64,000 bases of DNA from Mobula birostris (taxonomy: Eukaryota). Shown in pieces: positions 24,514-36,205 of this stretch. Position numbers and translations under genes: made by a program. The stretch is taken from assembly GCF_030028105.1 (NCBI RefSeq), contig NC_092388.1:32049684-32113683 (forward strand). Direction: 5' to 3'. Every line of letters starts with the position of its first letter. The first letter of the stretch is position 1. The notes under the pieces were generated by a model. That model was not told the DNA's origin. It saw only the letters and a list, made by a program, of their open reading frames with translations, and made no database searches.

Positions 24514-25587
24514 TTAGATAGTGTTAAAACCAGAAGAATTAGAATGCTCATATGAACTGCTCAAATAACGACTTCTGAGACTGTGCTTGGATTGCCTATT
24601 GAAATTCTGGAAAGGAAAATATATGTATATTACTTTCTTTAAATGTTTCCTGAACTTTGTTCCCACCAAAGCATAAAAGAAAGGATTTAGACAGCAGTGG
24701 AAATAAGCGATGTCCCGACAAATGTAAAATGCAAAAATCAGATGATTCCTGACGTCACACGAAACAACCGTTAGGATATTGAGATCAGACAAAGACAGCA
24801 AGAAGATGACCACATTGTATGGCGCCCAACAAACAAAAAACACTGTCACAATGCAGAAGATGACCTTCACTGTTTTGAATTTCTTGCGGGCTCTGCATTT
24901 AACAACAGTGTTAAGAATCCTGGAGTAGCAATACACAATAACAACAAAGGGGATCAAAAAGAACAAAAGGTTTTGTTGAAAACATTGCATCCCTTGCCAC
25001 ATTTGCTCACTTTCCATTGGATATATACTTTCACATGCTAAACTTTCATCCCATTTAACTAAGACATCAGAAAAGATCATTTCTGGGATTGTGGCTAAGA
25101 AGCTAATGCACCAAACTACCAAGCAGGCCACCACACCGTAGCAGAGCCGCCTGCTTCTTACAGCAAACAGAGGGTAAACAACCACAAGGTATCTGTCTAT
25201 AGTCATCAATGTCAGCAGTAGGATCCCACTGTAGTAGCTGATGAAGAAAATTGAACTCATTATCTTGCACATGGCCTTGCCGAAGATCCATCCATGTGTG
25301 TGATCCACAGTCCAGAATGGAAGTGAGAAGCCAAAAATCAGATCAGAGGCAACCAGATTCAAAATAAAGATGTCCATTATAGTTTTTGTCTTCTCGTATC
25401 TTATCAGGATCCACAAAACCAAGATATTCCCAATCAAGGTGAAAATAAAGATAAGGCTGTACAAGACTTGTGTAAAAATTTCTCCAAAATAGATAGCTTC
25501 ATTAATTTCACATAAGGGAGAATAATCATAATTATCATCATAATAATCATAGGTATAATTATCAAGGTAATGTACTGTAAGTGACAT
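24514..25587 (-). CDS. XCR1: Chemokine XC receptor 1-like GPCR, copy B (357 aa from MSLTVH; DRY motif)
   Basis: Intact 7TM ORF, clear paralog of copy A: GNILVLWILIRYEK, SLPFW, MTIDRY, QQNLLFFLIP, CWAPYN, CRDIAYFHCCLNPFFY; N-terminus YLDNYTYDYYDDNYDY; acceptor TTCCATTTTCATTTAG at 25625-25626. Confidence 0.85.
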   Translation of the reverse strand: MSLTVHYLDNYTYDYYDDNYDYSPLCEINEAIYFGEIFTQVLYSLIFIFTLIGNILVLWILIRYEKTKTIMDIFILNLVASDLIFGFSLPFWTVDHTHGWIFGKAMCKIMSSIFFISYYSGILLLTLMTIDRYLVVVYPLFAVRSRRLCYGVVACLVVWCISFLATIPEMIFSDVLVKWDESLACESIYPMESEQMWQGMQCFQQNLLFFLIPFVVIVYCYSRILNTVVKCRARKKFKTVKVIFCIVTVFFVCWAPYNVVIFLLSLSDLNILTVVSCDVRNHLIFAFYICRDIAYFHCCLNPFFYALVGTKFRKHLKKVIYIYFPFQNFNRQSKHSLRSRYLSSSYEHSNSSGFNTI

Positions 25588-25999
25588 CTTTGGTTTCTTC
25601 AATCGCAATACTGTGAGACCATTCCTAAATGAAAATGGAAGACATATTTCTTAATAATATCTTAGAAAAAAGCACAAAGTGAGCAGTAGAAATGTACTTC
25701 TAACATGTAACATATATTAGTGACAAACATTGCAATTCTTCCTGTAGATATTTGCATAAAAGTTACAAGAAGAAATAGCACTTATTTTTGCTTCTAAATA
25801 ATTCAAAAAGAAAAGCATAAGCAATAATTGTAATCCTCCTGCATTCTGAAGATCAGGAATAAACCATTAAGTTTTTCCCAATAAAATATATGCACAGTTT
25901 GTGCATTGAACCTTCCCTTTTATAGTTTGCTGACAAATCTGAACTGCCATTCTAAATCTCTCTACTAATGCCTATCTCCTTTTCCAAAATATTAGCTTT

Positions 26000-26083
26000 C
26001 ACAAGAGATTCTGCAGATGCTGGAAATCTGGAGATGCACACACAGACCTGTCCTGATGAAGGGTCTTGCCTTAAACATCAACC
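26000..26083. mobile_element. Short Penelope terminal-repeat fragment with intact CTGATGA core
   Basis: ACAAGAGATTCTGCAGATGCTGG followed by GTCCTGATGAAGGGTCTTGCCTTAAACATCAAC. Confidence 0.6.
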
Positions 26084-28178
26084 TTCAGGAGTACTTACTC
26101 AGACTTTTCCAAGCAGTTCTTCATTCAAGTGCCTTCTCAAGCAACTTCTAAACTATTTGTCGATTACCATGCCTTCTCAAGCTCTTCCCTTTCTGAAATA
26201 CATATGAAACTCTTTTGGATTGCCTCACCACCCAATGCCTTTTCTTAAAGAATTCACAAAATACTTACCATTTTTAACTTACTGCCCAAAATTTTTGACT
26301 TTATGCCAGAAGGAAGAATGTTACATCAGGTAATTTCGAAGTGAAAGATCTTAATAATATTAATACACTTATTTTGAAAAGATGGGAATTAAAATACATG
26401 CATGTCTTGTTTCTATGGTTGCAAAATACTTATATGTACCAACTCAGTCAAATATAATTATATCAAAATTACATGGCAACCTGGACAGGAGACTTTCTTT
26501 CTAGAATGAAGAATTATAACTTCCCATTTTTCTAAAATTAACATGCATACATTCCCTTTTTAAAGTACTTATGGAATCAATTTTTTTTTCTTTTAACATT
26601 CCCCTGACAGGGGATAGAGTGAATGCAATCCAATTTGTTCATATACTGCCAGCAATGTTCAATCCCTTTTGCCAAAGAGGTCCAAAGTATAGCTGCACAT
26701 TAACAAATACCTTAACTTCTAAGATGTATATACAATAATATCCAGTATTTGCCATTCTTGAGTGCACTGTTTAACATTGTCAAATTTCTGTGCAACATTG
26801 ACAGTAATATTTCCTGCTAATGGATTCTGCAAATCCCTCAGGCAACTCTAATGACAAAGAAGACATACAAATAACCGTGCCTTCTAAGGAACCCACACAA
26901 AACGTTTACACTTCTCATTTACATGTAAGATATTTAAAGTTCCTTAGATGATGATATGTGTCATCTTTATTAAATATACCATACATAAATAAAATATATA
27001 ACACTCTTAATCATACTTATAAACCTTGGCTTGCATCTACTATAACTGTACATAGGTCTGCAATAGTCTGCTCTACTATATCAGAATCAGTTTATTATCA
27101 CCAGCATGTGACATGAAATTTGTCAACATACACTCATACATTTCTAAGTCTTTCTTTCTAAGGTGTACATGTAAACATCATTAACACAATTTCATGCAAA
27201 ATAAATAACACAGAAAGTGTTTGTAATAAATTTTGAGGTGCACATCTTAATCTTGCTAAGTTTCCTTCAAAAAGAAATAAATAGAAACTTCTTCTTCCAA
27301 ATTAAATACATACCAATAACTTAGCATCTTCCCCTCTGAATTACACATACGACTATTAAAAGATATCTTTTCATTCAACTTACACGTATAAATCTTCATT
27401 TTCATGTTATGTGGTATGAAATCTAAAGTAGACAGTCAAATTCAGACAATTCTTTGCTCCTCAAATACAAATCTTCCTTTCTTTAAAAGTAGAATTGTGT
27501 ACTTTCAATGTGAATCATTAAAGCCTTTCTATTTTCATTAGCTCACCAGAGCCAGACTTACCATTTAGAAATCAGGAAATGACTGACCTTTTCTTTTTCA
27601 AGAAAATAACATTATGAGATAAACTAACTAACTGCCATTGCTGGAAAACTGAAGAAATCAGAAATTTTAAATACTTAACAGCTCAGGCAGCATCTCGAAA
27701 AGAACCAATAAAAGGTTATTAACCTGAGCCATTATTTTGGTTTCCTTCTCCATAGATGCTAATTGGTTTGTTGAATACTTTCAGATTTTGGCACTTGATT
27801 TAAAACTTTAAAAATTTCAAGTAAGAATTTCAGGTTGTATACTGTATACATTCTCTGATATTAAATGGAACCAATTAAACCATTGAACCATCAAAAAATA
27901 ACAAAACGTAGCAAAACAAAAAGAAAACTTCACCTTTAGACATAAAACACCAAACATATAACAGTCCTTCAGCCCATGATGTTTGTACTGAAGGTAATGT
28001 CAATTTAAACTGCACATCTACCAACACATTGTCTAGATTCCTGTTTATGTGTCTTTCTAAATGTCTCGTAAACAATGTTGTCGTATCTAGTTCTACCATC
28101 TAAATACAGCTAGACAAGAGCAAAACATATAGTGAGCTGTTGCTTATTAATGACAACATCATCTTCTCTCAGTACTTA

Positions 28179-29765
28179 CAGTACCTATAAAAAGCACTCA
28201 TCCCCACCCCCCCCACCCCCCAGAAGTTTTCATCTTTTATTGTTTTACCACACTGGATCACAGTGAATTTAAGTTTTTTTAATTGATCAACAGAAAAAGA
28301 CTGTTTCATGTCAGTGAAACCAGATTTTAAATTACAGTAATTACAAATATAAAACACAAAATAATTGATTAAATAGGTATTCACCCTCTTTAATATGATA
28401 CACCAAATCATCACTGGTGCAGTCAATTGGTTTTAGAAGTCACATATTTAATTAAATGAAGATCATCTGTGTGCAGTCAAGGTGTTTCATCGATTACAGT
28501 AAAACTACAAAGGTATCTAGAAGGTCCAACTGCTGGTGAGTCAGTATCCTGACAGAAACTACACCATGAAGACAAAAGAACACTCCAAGCAACTCCACAA
28601 AAAAGATGTAGAAAAGCACAAGTCAGGAGATAGATACCAGAAAATTTCCAAGTCACTGAATATCCCTTGGAGTACAGTTAAGTCAATCATCATGAAATGG
28701 AAAGAATATGGCACAGCTGTAAACCTGTCTAGAACAGGCCATCTTCAAAAACTGAGTGTCCATTCAAGAAGGGGACTTGTGAGGGAGGCCACCAAGAGAC
28801 CTATGACAACTCTAGAGGAGTTACAAGCTTCAGTGGCTGAGAAGGGAGAGACTGCACATACAACAACTGTTTCCTGTGTGTTTCACCAGTCGCAGCTTTA
28901 TGAGAGAGTGGCAAAGAGAAAGCCACTATTGTAAAAACTCAGCTAGAGTTTTTCAGAAGGCATGTGGGAGATTCTGAAGTCAGCTGGAAGAAGGTCCTAT
29001 GGTCTGATGAAACCAAAATTGAGCTTTTTGGCCATCAGACTAAAAACTATGTTTGGCATGAACACCGCACATCATCAAAAGCATACCATCTCTACCGTGA
29101 AGCATGGTGGTGGCTGCTTCATGCTGTTGTGATGCTTCACTACAACGGGTAATGGAAGACTTGTAAGGTAGAGGGTAGAATGAATGCAGCAAAATACAGG
29201 GAAAACCTGATGCAGTCTGCAAGAGAAGTGCAACTTGGGAGAAGATCTGTTTTCCAGCAAAACAAGCATAAAGCCAAAGCTACACAGGAATGGCTTAAAA
29301 ACAACTAAGTTAATGTCCTGGAGAGGCCAAGTCAGAGTCCAGGCCTCAATCCAATTGAGAAGAATTTGTGACTGGACTTGAAAAGGGCTGCTCACTTATG
29401 ATCCCCATGCAATCTTTCAGAGCTTGAGCAGTTTTGTGAAGTAGAACAGGGAAAACTTGCAGTGTCCAGATGTGCAAAGCTGATATAGACCTATCCACAC
29501 AGACTCAAACTATAATCGCTGCCAAAAATGCATCTACTAAATACTGACTTGAAGGGGGTGAGTAATCACACAATCAATTATTTTGTGTTTAATCATTGTA
29601 GTAAAGACCAATTTGTAGAAATTTGTTTTCACTTTGACAAGAAAGAGTTTTTTCTGTTGATCAGTGTCAAAAAAGCTAAATGAAATCCACTGTGATTCAA
29701 TGTTGTAAAACAATAAAACATGAAAACTTCCAAGGGGGTGGGGTGAATGCCTTTTATTGGCACTG
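28179..29765 (+). mobile_element. Full-length Tc1-like transposon with long (~200 bp) TIRs; transposase pseudogene ~28566-29547
   Basis: TA|CAGTACC..GGCACTG|TA; inverted ends align; MKTKEHSKQ..LNIPWSTVKSII..WKKVLWSDETKIELFG..HGGG..SPGLNPIE..TKY*, broken by stops and frameshifts. Confidence 0.95.
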
Positions 29766-29880
29766 TATCTACCAGCTTCAAACCTGGTCCTCTGTATCAC
29801 TCTTTGCAATTGGATCCTTGTTTTCCTTATTGGGAGACTACAGTCAACATGTCAAACTCACCGACAACCTCAAAGATAAG

Positions 29881-30590
29881 ACCATAAGTCCATAAGACAT
29901 GGGAGCAGAAATAGGCCATTCAGCCCATCGAGTCTGCTGTCCTTTTCCATCATGGTTAATCCCAGATCCCACTCAACCCCATATACCTGCCTCCACGCCA
30001 TTACCTTTGATGCCCTGACCAATCAGGAAACTATCAATTTTCACTTTAAATATACCCACAGTCTTGGCCTCCACAGCTGTCTGTGGCAGAGCATTCCACA
30101 GATTTGCTACTCTCTGGCTAAAATAATTCCTCTTTAACTTAATTCTAAAAGGTTGCCCTTCAATTTTGAGACTGTACCTCTAGTTCTGAAAACCTCCAGC
30201 ATAGGAAACATCCTCCCCACATCCGCCTTATTTAGTCCTTCCAACATTCGGTAGGTTTCAATGAGAATCCCTGGCATTCTTCTAGATTCCAGTGAGTACA
30301 GGCCCAAAGTTGCCAAATGTTCCTAATATGTTAATCCCTTCATTCCTGGAACCATCCTCGTGGACCTCATCTGGACTCCCCACAATGACAACACATCCTT
30401 CTGAGCTATCTTTCAAAGCTGTTGACAATACTCCAAGAGCAGCCTGGCTCGGCATTATCTCCTTGTTGTTCTATTCTATTCCCCTTGAAATGAATGCCAA
30501 CATTGCATTTGCCTTCCTTTTTTACCACAGTCTCAACCTGTAAATTAACCTTCTGGGAGTCTTGCACGAGGACTCCTATGTCCTCGACTT
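29881..30590 (-). mobile_element. CR1 LINE 3' fragment
   Basis: ORF 30134..30316 LGLYSLESRRM..LIETYRML..RTRG; ACCATAAG tail. Confidence 0.85.
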
Positions 30591-30639
30591 AAGGCTCCTA
30601 CTGCATCTGCGCCACTGTCCAATCAAAGATATGTCCTTT

Positions 30640-31600
30640 CAAAGCAGGTACAGGAACCTCAGAACTCACACAGCCAGGTTCAGGAACACTTATTACCCCT
30701 CAACCCCTCTTGAACCAAAGGGAATAACTTCACTTGCCCCATCATTGTAATGTTCCCACTATCTACAGACTCTTCATCTCATATTCTCAATATTTATTGC
30801 TTATTTATTTAGTAATATTTTTATTCTTTTTGTATTTGCACAGTTTGTTGTCTTTTGCATACTGATTGAACATTCAAGTTGGTGTTTTCCTTTATTGATT
30901 CCAGTTATTATTCTATTATGGATTTATTGAGTAGACCCACAAGAAAATAAATCTCAGGGCTGTATGTGGTGACATATAGATACTCAGATAATAAATTTAC
31001 TTTGAACTTAGCCCACTGCTATACTTTCTCTGTATTCATAATTATGTCGCTAAGTAAGCTCAAGTGCCATATATAAATTATTGACGACACCATTATTGTT
31101 GGAAGAATCTCAAATAGCAATGAGATGGTGTACAGGAGTAAGATAGATCAGCTTGTTGAGTGGTGTTGCAACATCAATCTCACACTCAAAGTCCAAGAAA
31201 TTGATTGTGGATTTCAGGAAGGGCGAGTCAGGACAATACAAACAAGTCCTCATTAAGGATCAGCAGTGGAAAATGTGACTAGATATAAGTTCTTGGGCAC
31301 CAGCACCTCAGAGGATCCATATTGGACCCAGAATGTTGATACAGTCATGAAGAAGGAGCACCGGCTGAATTTATTTCATTAGGATTTTGAAGAGATTTGG
31401 TATGTCACCAAAAACTTGAAGATTTCTACAGATGTGCAGTATCAGAGGAGAGTGTTCTGATTGGTTGCACCACAGTACAGCATCACAAGAGACTGCAAAG
31501 GGATATAGGCCTGGCCAGCTCCCTCACGTGCACAACCCTCCCCTCTATGGAGAAAATCTTCAAGTGGTGGTTCCTCAAGGAGGCAGTATCCATCATTTCT
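30640..31600 (+). mobile_element. Rex/Babar LINE fragments (3' end with TTTGAAC tail, then a decayed RT C-terminal piece)
   Basis: RYRNLRTHTARFRNTYYP; AATAAATTTACTTTGAACTT; DDTIIVGRISN..KKLIVDFRK..FYRC. Confidence 0.7.
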
Positions 31601-31604
31601 ACAC

Positions 31605-33560
31605 TATATCAATGACTGCACTGGTGCTGCTTCCTGAAGCCATGCTGAGCTCATCAGTTTCATCAACTTCGCATCCAGCTTCCACCCTGCCCTCAAATTT
31701 ACTTGTTTAATTTCTGACACCTTTCTTAATCTCTTTGTCTCCATCTCTGGTGACAGACTCTTGACGGATATCTTTTATAAACCTGCTGACTACCACAGCT
31801 ATCTTGACCATTCTTCGTCCCACCTGCCACTTGTAAAAACACTATTCCCTTTTCTCTGTTCCTCTGGCTCAACCGCTTCTGTTCTCAGGATGAGGCATTT
31901 CATTCCAGAACATTTTGAGATCTCCTTCTTCTACAACAAACAGGTTTCACTTCCTCTGCCATCAATACTGCCCTCACCGCATCTCCTCCACTTCATGGAC
32001 TTCCGTCCTTACCCTATCTTCCGGCCGCCATAGCTGTGATAGAGTTCCATTCTATCCCCCTTGGTTCAGTCACTTCCTATCTACATCCGCGACCCTTCTC
32101 ATGTTCTCGATCTCCTCACTAACTTTCAGTTCCTGATCCTAACCGCCCCATTTTCATCATGGATGTCCTGTCCCTGTACACTTCCATCCACCATTAAGAA
32201 GACCTTAAAGCTCTCCACTTCTTTATCAATAAAATAACCAACCAGTTCCGCTCCACCACCACCCTCCTCCATCTGACATAAATGGTCCTCACCATCGACA
32301 AATTTTCCTCCAGCTCCTCCCACTTTCTCCAGACTTGACAGGTAGCCATGGGCACCCACATGGGCTCCAGCTGTTCCTGCCATTTGTTGTCTATGGAGAA
32401 CAGTCCATGTTCCAAGCCTTCCTTCTCTACATTGATGATGCCTCGGTTCTATTTCATGCACCCATGCTCAGCTGGTCAATTTCATCAACTTTGCTTCCAT
32501 CTTCCACTGTGCCCTCAAATTTACTTGGTCAATTTCTGATACCTCCTTCCCCTATCTTGATCTCTCTATCTCCATCTTTGTAGATAAACTGTCAACCAAC
32601 AATTCCTGTGGTTAACTTGACAAGCCCTTTTCCCAACCTGTCTCCTGTAAAAACACTATCCCTCTTTCTCAGTTCCTTCATCTCCACCGCATCTGTTCCC
32701 AGAATGCAGCTTTCTTTTCCAGCACATCAGGGATGTCCTCCTCCTTCAAAGAACGGGGTTTCCCTTCCTCCACCATTGATGTTACCCTCACCCACAGCTC
32801 CTTCTTTTCCCAAATTTCTACACTCAAACCATCTTCCCACCACCTGAACATGTGATAGAGTTCCTCTTGTCCTTACCTACTGCCCCATGAGCCTCTGCAT
32901 CCAACACATCAACCTCCGTAACTTAAGCCATCTTCAAAGGGACCCTACTGCCAAACATTACATCCCTCCCTCCCTTCCACTGCTTTCTGCCGGGATCAGT
33001 CCCTCTGCCATTCCCTTATCCATTTGTCCCTCCTCAATAGTCTCCCTCCCAGCACTTATCCCTGCAAGCAGCCAAAGTGGTACACCTGCCCCTACACCTC
33101 TTCCCTCAACTCCATTCAGTGCCCCGAGCAGTACTTCCAGATGAGACAATACTTTACCTACAGATCTGCTGGGGTCGTCTATTGTGTCTGGTACTCCCAA
33201 CGTGCCCTCCTCCTCATTGGTGAGACCCATCGTAAATTGTGGGACCACTTTGTCAAGCACCCTCCGCTTCATCCACCGGAAGCAGAACATCTGGAGGCCA
33301 AACATTTTAATTCCGATTCCCTTTCTCATTCCAGTATGTCGGTCCATAGCATCCCCTTGTGCCAAGATGAGGCTACCTTCAAGATGGAGGAGCAATACCT
33401 TATATTCCATCTAGATAGCCCCCAACCTGATGACATAAATATCAATTTCTTCTTCTGAAAAAAAATTCCTCCCCTCCCCTCTTCTTCTATTCCCCACTCT
33501 GTCCTCTTACCTCTTCTCACTTGCCTGTCACCTCCCCCTGGGTCCCCTCTACTCTGAGGA
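31605..33560 (+). mobile_element. Penelope-like element, two partly overlapping tandem pieces (RT remnant + GIY-YIG)
   Basis: VAMGTHMG, YIDD, TDIFYKPADYHSYLDH; ORF 33024..33458 TYPC..CPY..GVVYCVW..LIGETHRKL..HFNS..EEQYLIFHL..PDDIN. Confidence 0.85.
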
Positions 33561-34529
33561 TGTGCCCTCTGGTCCTCGACTCACTTACTTTTCATAGAAT
33601 TATACATTCCTTGGAACTTCTGCTATTTGTTTTTTATTAATAAGCAATAAATGGCAAGAAATCAAATGTAGTCATATATGAGGTATAATTATGGATCTTT
33701 CAATTAGTGGACAGTGGCACTCAAATTGTCATGAAAGCTAAATTCCCTATCATCTTCCTTGAATATGCCAATTTTATATGGTTTAAAAGATCAGAATAGG
33801 ATCAATGATGAGTGAAGGAATTCAGACCATGCTGTAATCATATATTTTATTAAATGTAATCAGGGTTGTCAGTGATTTTATCCTCTGTGAATAGTTAAAC
33901 AAAACACGAATGCACATACCTCAAAGTGAATCAAAATGAACGTATTCTTTCCTAATGCTATGGTTCCCATGCAATGTCAGAATTGCCTTGCCTGCTCTTA
34001 TTTTTACTACTTCTCTTGAGTCAAAACCATAAGCCAAAGATTGGCTGTTCTTGTGTTCACAAGGATAAAGAGGTAATCGTGAAAGTGACAACTCAAGTGG
34101 GTAGCGTGGCTAAGAAGGGACCCCGCATGGATGTGGTTATTGGTTGAGGTGTTGAATATAAATCCTAGGATGCCAACTCATCATGGTCCTCTTTTCAGCC
34201 TCGCCAAAGGAAAGCTTAGAAAGCAATATGTTTGGCACCAGCTTGGCTGCAGGAGCTGCTGGAAGGATGTTCAATAATGTCCAGCCACATTAAGGGCTCT
34301 GCTCCAGATTTGCTGACTGTGTTCACTCGGGCAGCCTTCATCTCTCCCTAGGCCGCACTCAAGGCAGTGGGGCTTTTTACCCGCAGCTGGGGATCTGGGT
34401 CACAAGTGCCAGGGTCTGTCCAGCAAGGAGGCGCTACATGAGGCTTGATGTTGGAGAGGCTATGTACTGGCCAGGGAGAGACTTACACATTCAGCTCTCC
34501 TTTTTGTGTGCACACCTGGTAATTGTAGT

Positions 34530-35215
34530 AGAAAAAGGATGTGGTGGCCTCGGAGGAGGGTGGGTAGGTAGAAAGTGGGGATGAGGGCGGGAGTAGTAAG
34601 AGAGTAGAAAATAATGTTTAGAAAGTGAGGGGTAGAATATGGGGATGGGGGAGTGGTGGGTGGAAAGCAAGAGGTGGAACATGAGGTGCCGAACATGAGG
34701 GGTAAAGAAAGTAGCTGGAAGTCTGGTGTATAAAGCACAAGGAAGAAATTGAGGGGTAGAAAGCGAAAGGTGAAATGTGAGGAGGGAAGATTGAGGTGAG
34801 AAATTTAGGGATAGAAAGTGAGGGTTGTAAAATGACAAGTGAAAAAATGAGGGGAGGGAAGTAAGAGCTAGAATGTGAGGTGAAGCAGATGAGGACTTCA
34901 ATATGAGTGATGGAAAGTGAGAATTGGAAAATGAGGGCAATCCTGAGGAAAATAGGTTTAGAAAGTAAGGTGTACAAAACTGAGATTTAGAAACTGAAGG
35001 ATAAAAGTTGTTGAAATTGAAGAGTAGGAGAGTAGGGGTACCAAGTGAGGATAGAATGTGAGGTTTAGAAAGTGAGATGCAGCATGTGAAGGGTTGAGTA
35101 TAAGTGTGGAAACTGAGAAGTGGGAAATGAGAAGTGATACGGGAAGAGTGGAAAGTGATGAGCAGAAAGTACCGATCAGAGAGTGGGAGGAGGGGTAGAA
35201 AGTGAAGGGTATCTG
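34530..35215. repeat. Degenerate purine-rich tandem repeat (~14-bp AGAAAGTGAGGGGT unit)
   Basis: Many variants of AGAAAGTGAG(GGGT) across ~700 bp. Confidence 0.7.
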
Positions 35216-36205
35216 TACAGTAGTGTCAGGTCTAATGCTCAAGCATTTCTTCAGCAGAGCAGCTAAAATTGTAAAGATAAATAAACAGGTAGTTACTTTT
35301 AATTAGCTTCTCTAAAGTTCTTACCAATATTTGGCATTTTGCCCTTATCAATGATCTACCACAAATCATTTTCCTTGCATTATTCCTCCCTTGTTCCTGC
35401 TCCAACCAAAGTACTGCTTAGCTGTCCCTCCTCCCACACAAACTGCCATGTCCAGCTTTTCTAATGCTATTAGCATTCCAGGTTCGGTTTTAATTTCTCT
35501 GTATTTCCCTCTGTCCATTACCTTCAACATATCCGTTTATTACTAACAATTTCCTTATTTGTACCTTCTATCGGCACCTATTTCCCTCTGACCATTGTGT
35601 ATGTTCAAAGTTCTCTGCTTTTATTTATTGTGAATTTTCTTTTCGATTATCATACATATTCTCATTTTCTCTTTCATCATTTTTTTTCACCTTTTCGCCT
35701 TTCACGAACACTGCTAGATTAGCTTCTGTTACGACGTATGATGACACTCAACAAAGCCTTCTGTAGCACAGGCTGCCATTATTCATGAAAAACTAATCAT
35801 TCGTCTGACTGATAAGATTTGCTTTGTCAAAATAGATAAATGATCTGAGGAAGAAGGATCTATGCTTTGACAGATTGTCTATAGTCAAGAAGGTTCTGTA
35901 GATCATTGTGTTGCCTTGCTTTTTGCATTTTCACTGTCTCTGCCTATTGTGTTAGATAGTAGCTAGTAAACTTCCTGGGGAATTGTGAAGTACTAAACCA
36001 TTGAAATGGTACAGAGTTCATGATGATTTTAAAGGTTATGTGAAAATCTGCAAAGCTAGGCCTAAATCAAATTGGTGTTGTCAGCACAATTTAAGTATTG
36101 TCTGCATAAACTAAACTAAATGATGATTTCGCAGTTCAGACCAAAGGAAAAAGTGACATCAGCTTCCAGCTGATCATGATATTATTATAATATGACATGC
36201 TTTCT

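Noticed and set aside
19432-25291. Matching 62-aa alternative-frame ORFs inside both XCR1 genes as an overlapping gene
   Set aside because: Explained by nucleotide similarity of the paralogs; short and without independent coding signal.
34180-34520. Possible RTE-type 5' UTR fragment
   Set aside because: Only a vague resemblance from memory, with no ORF, TSD or tail to support a call.
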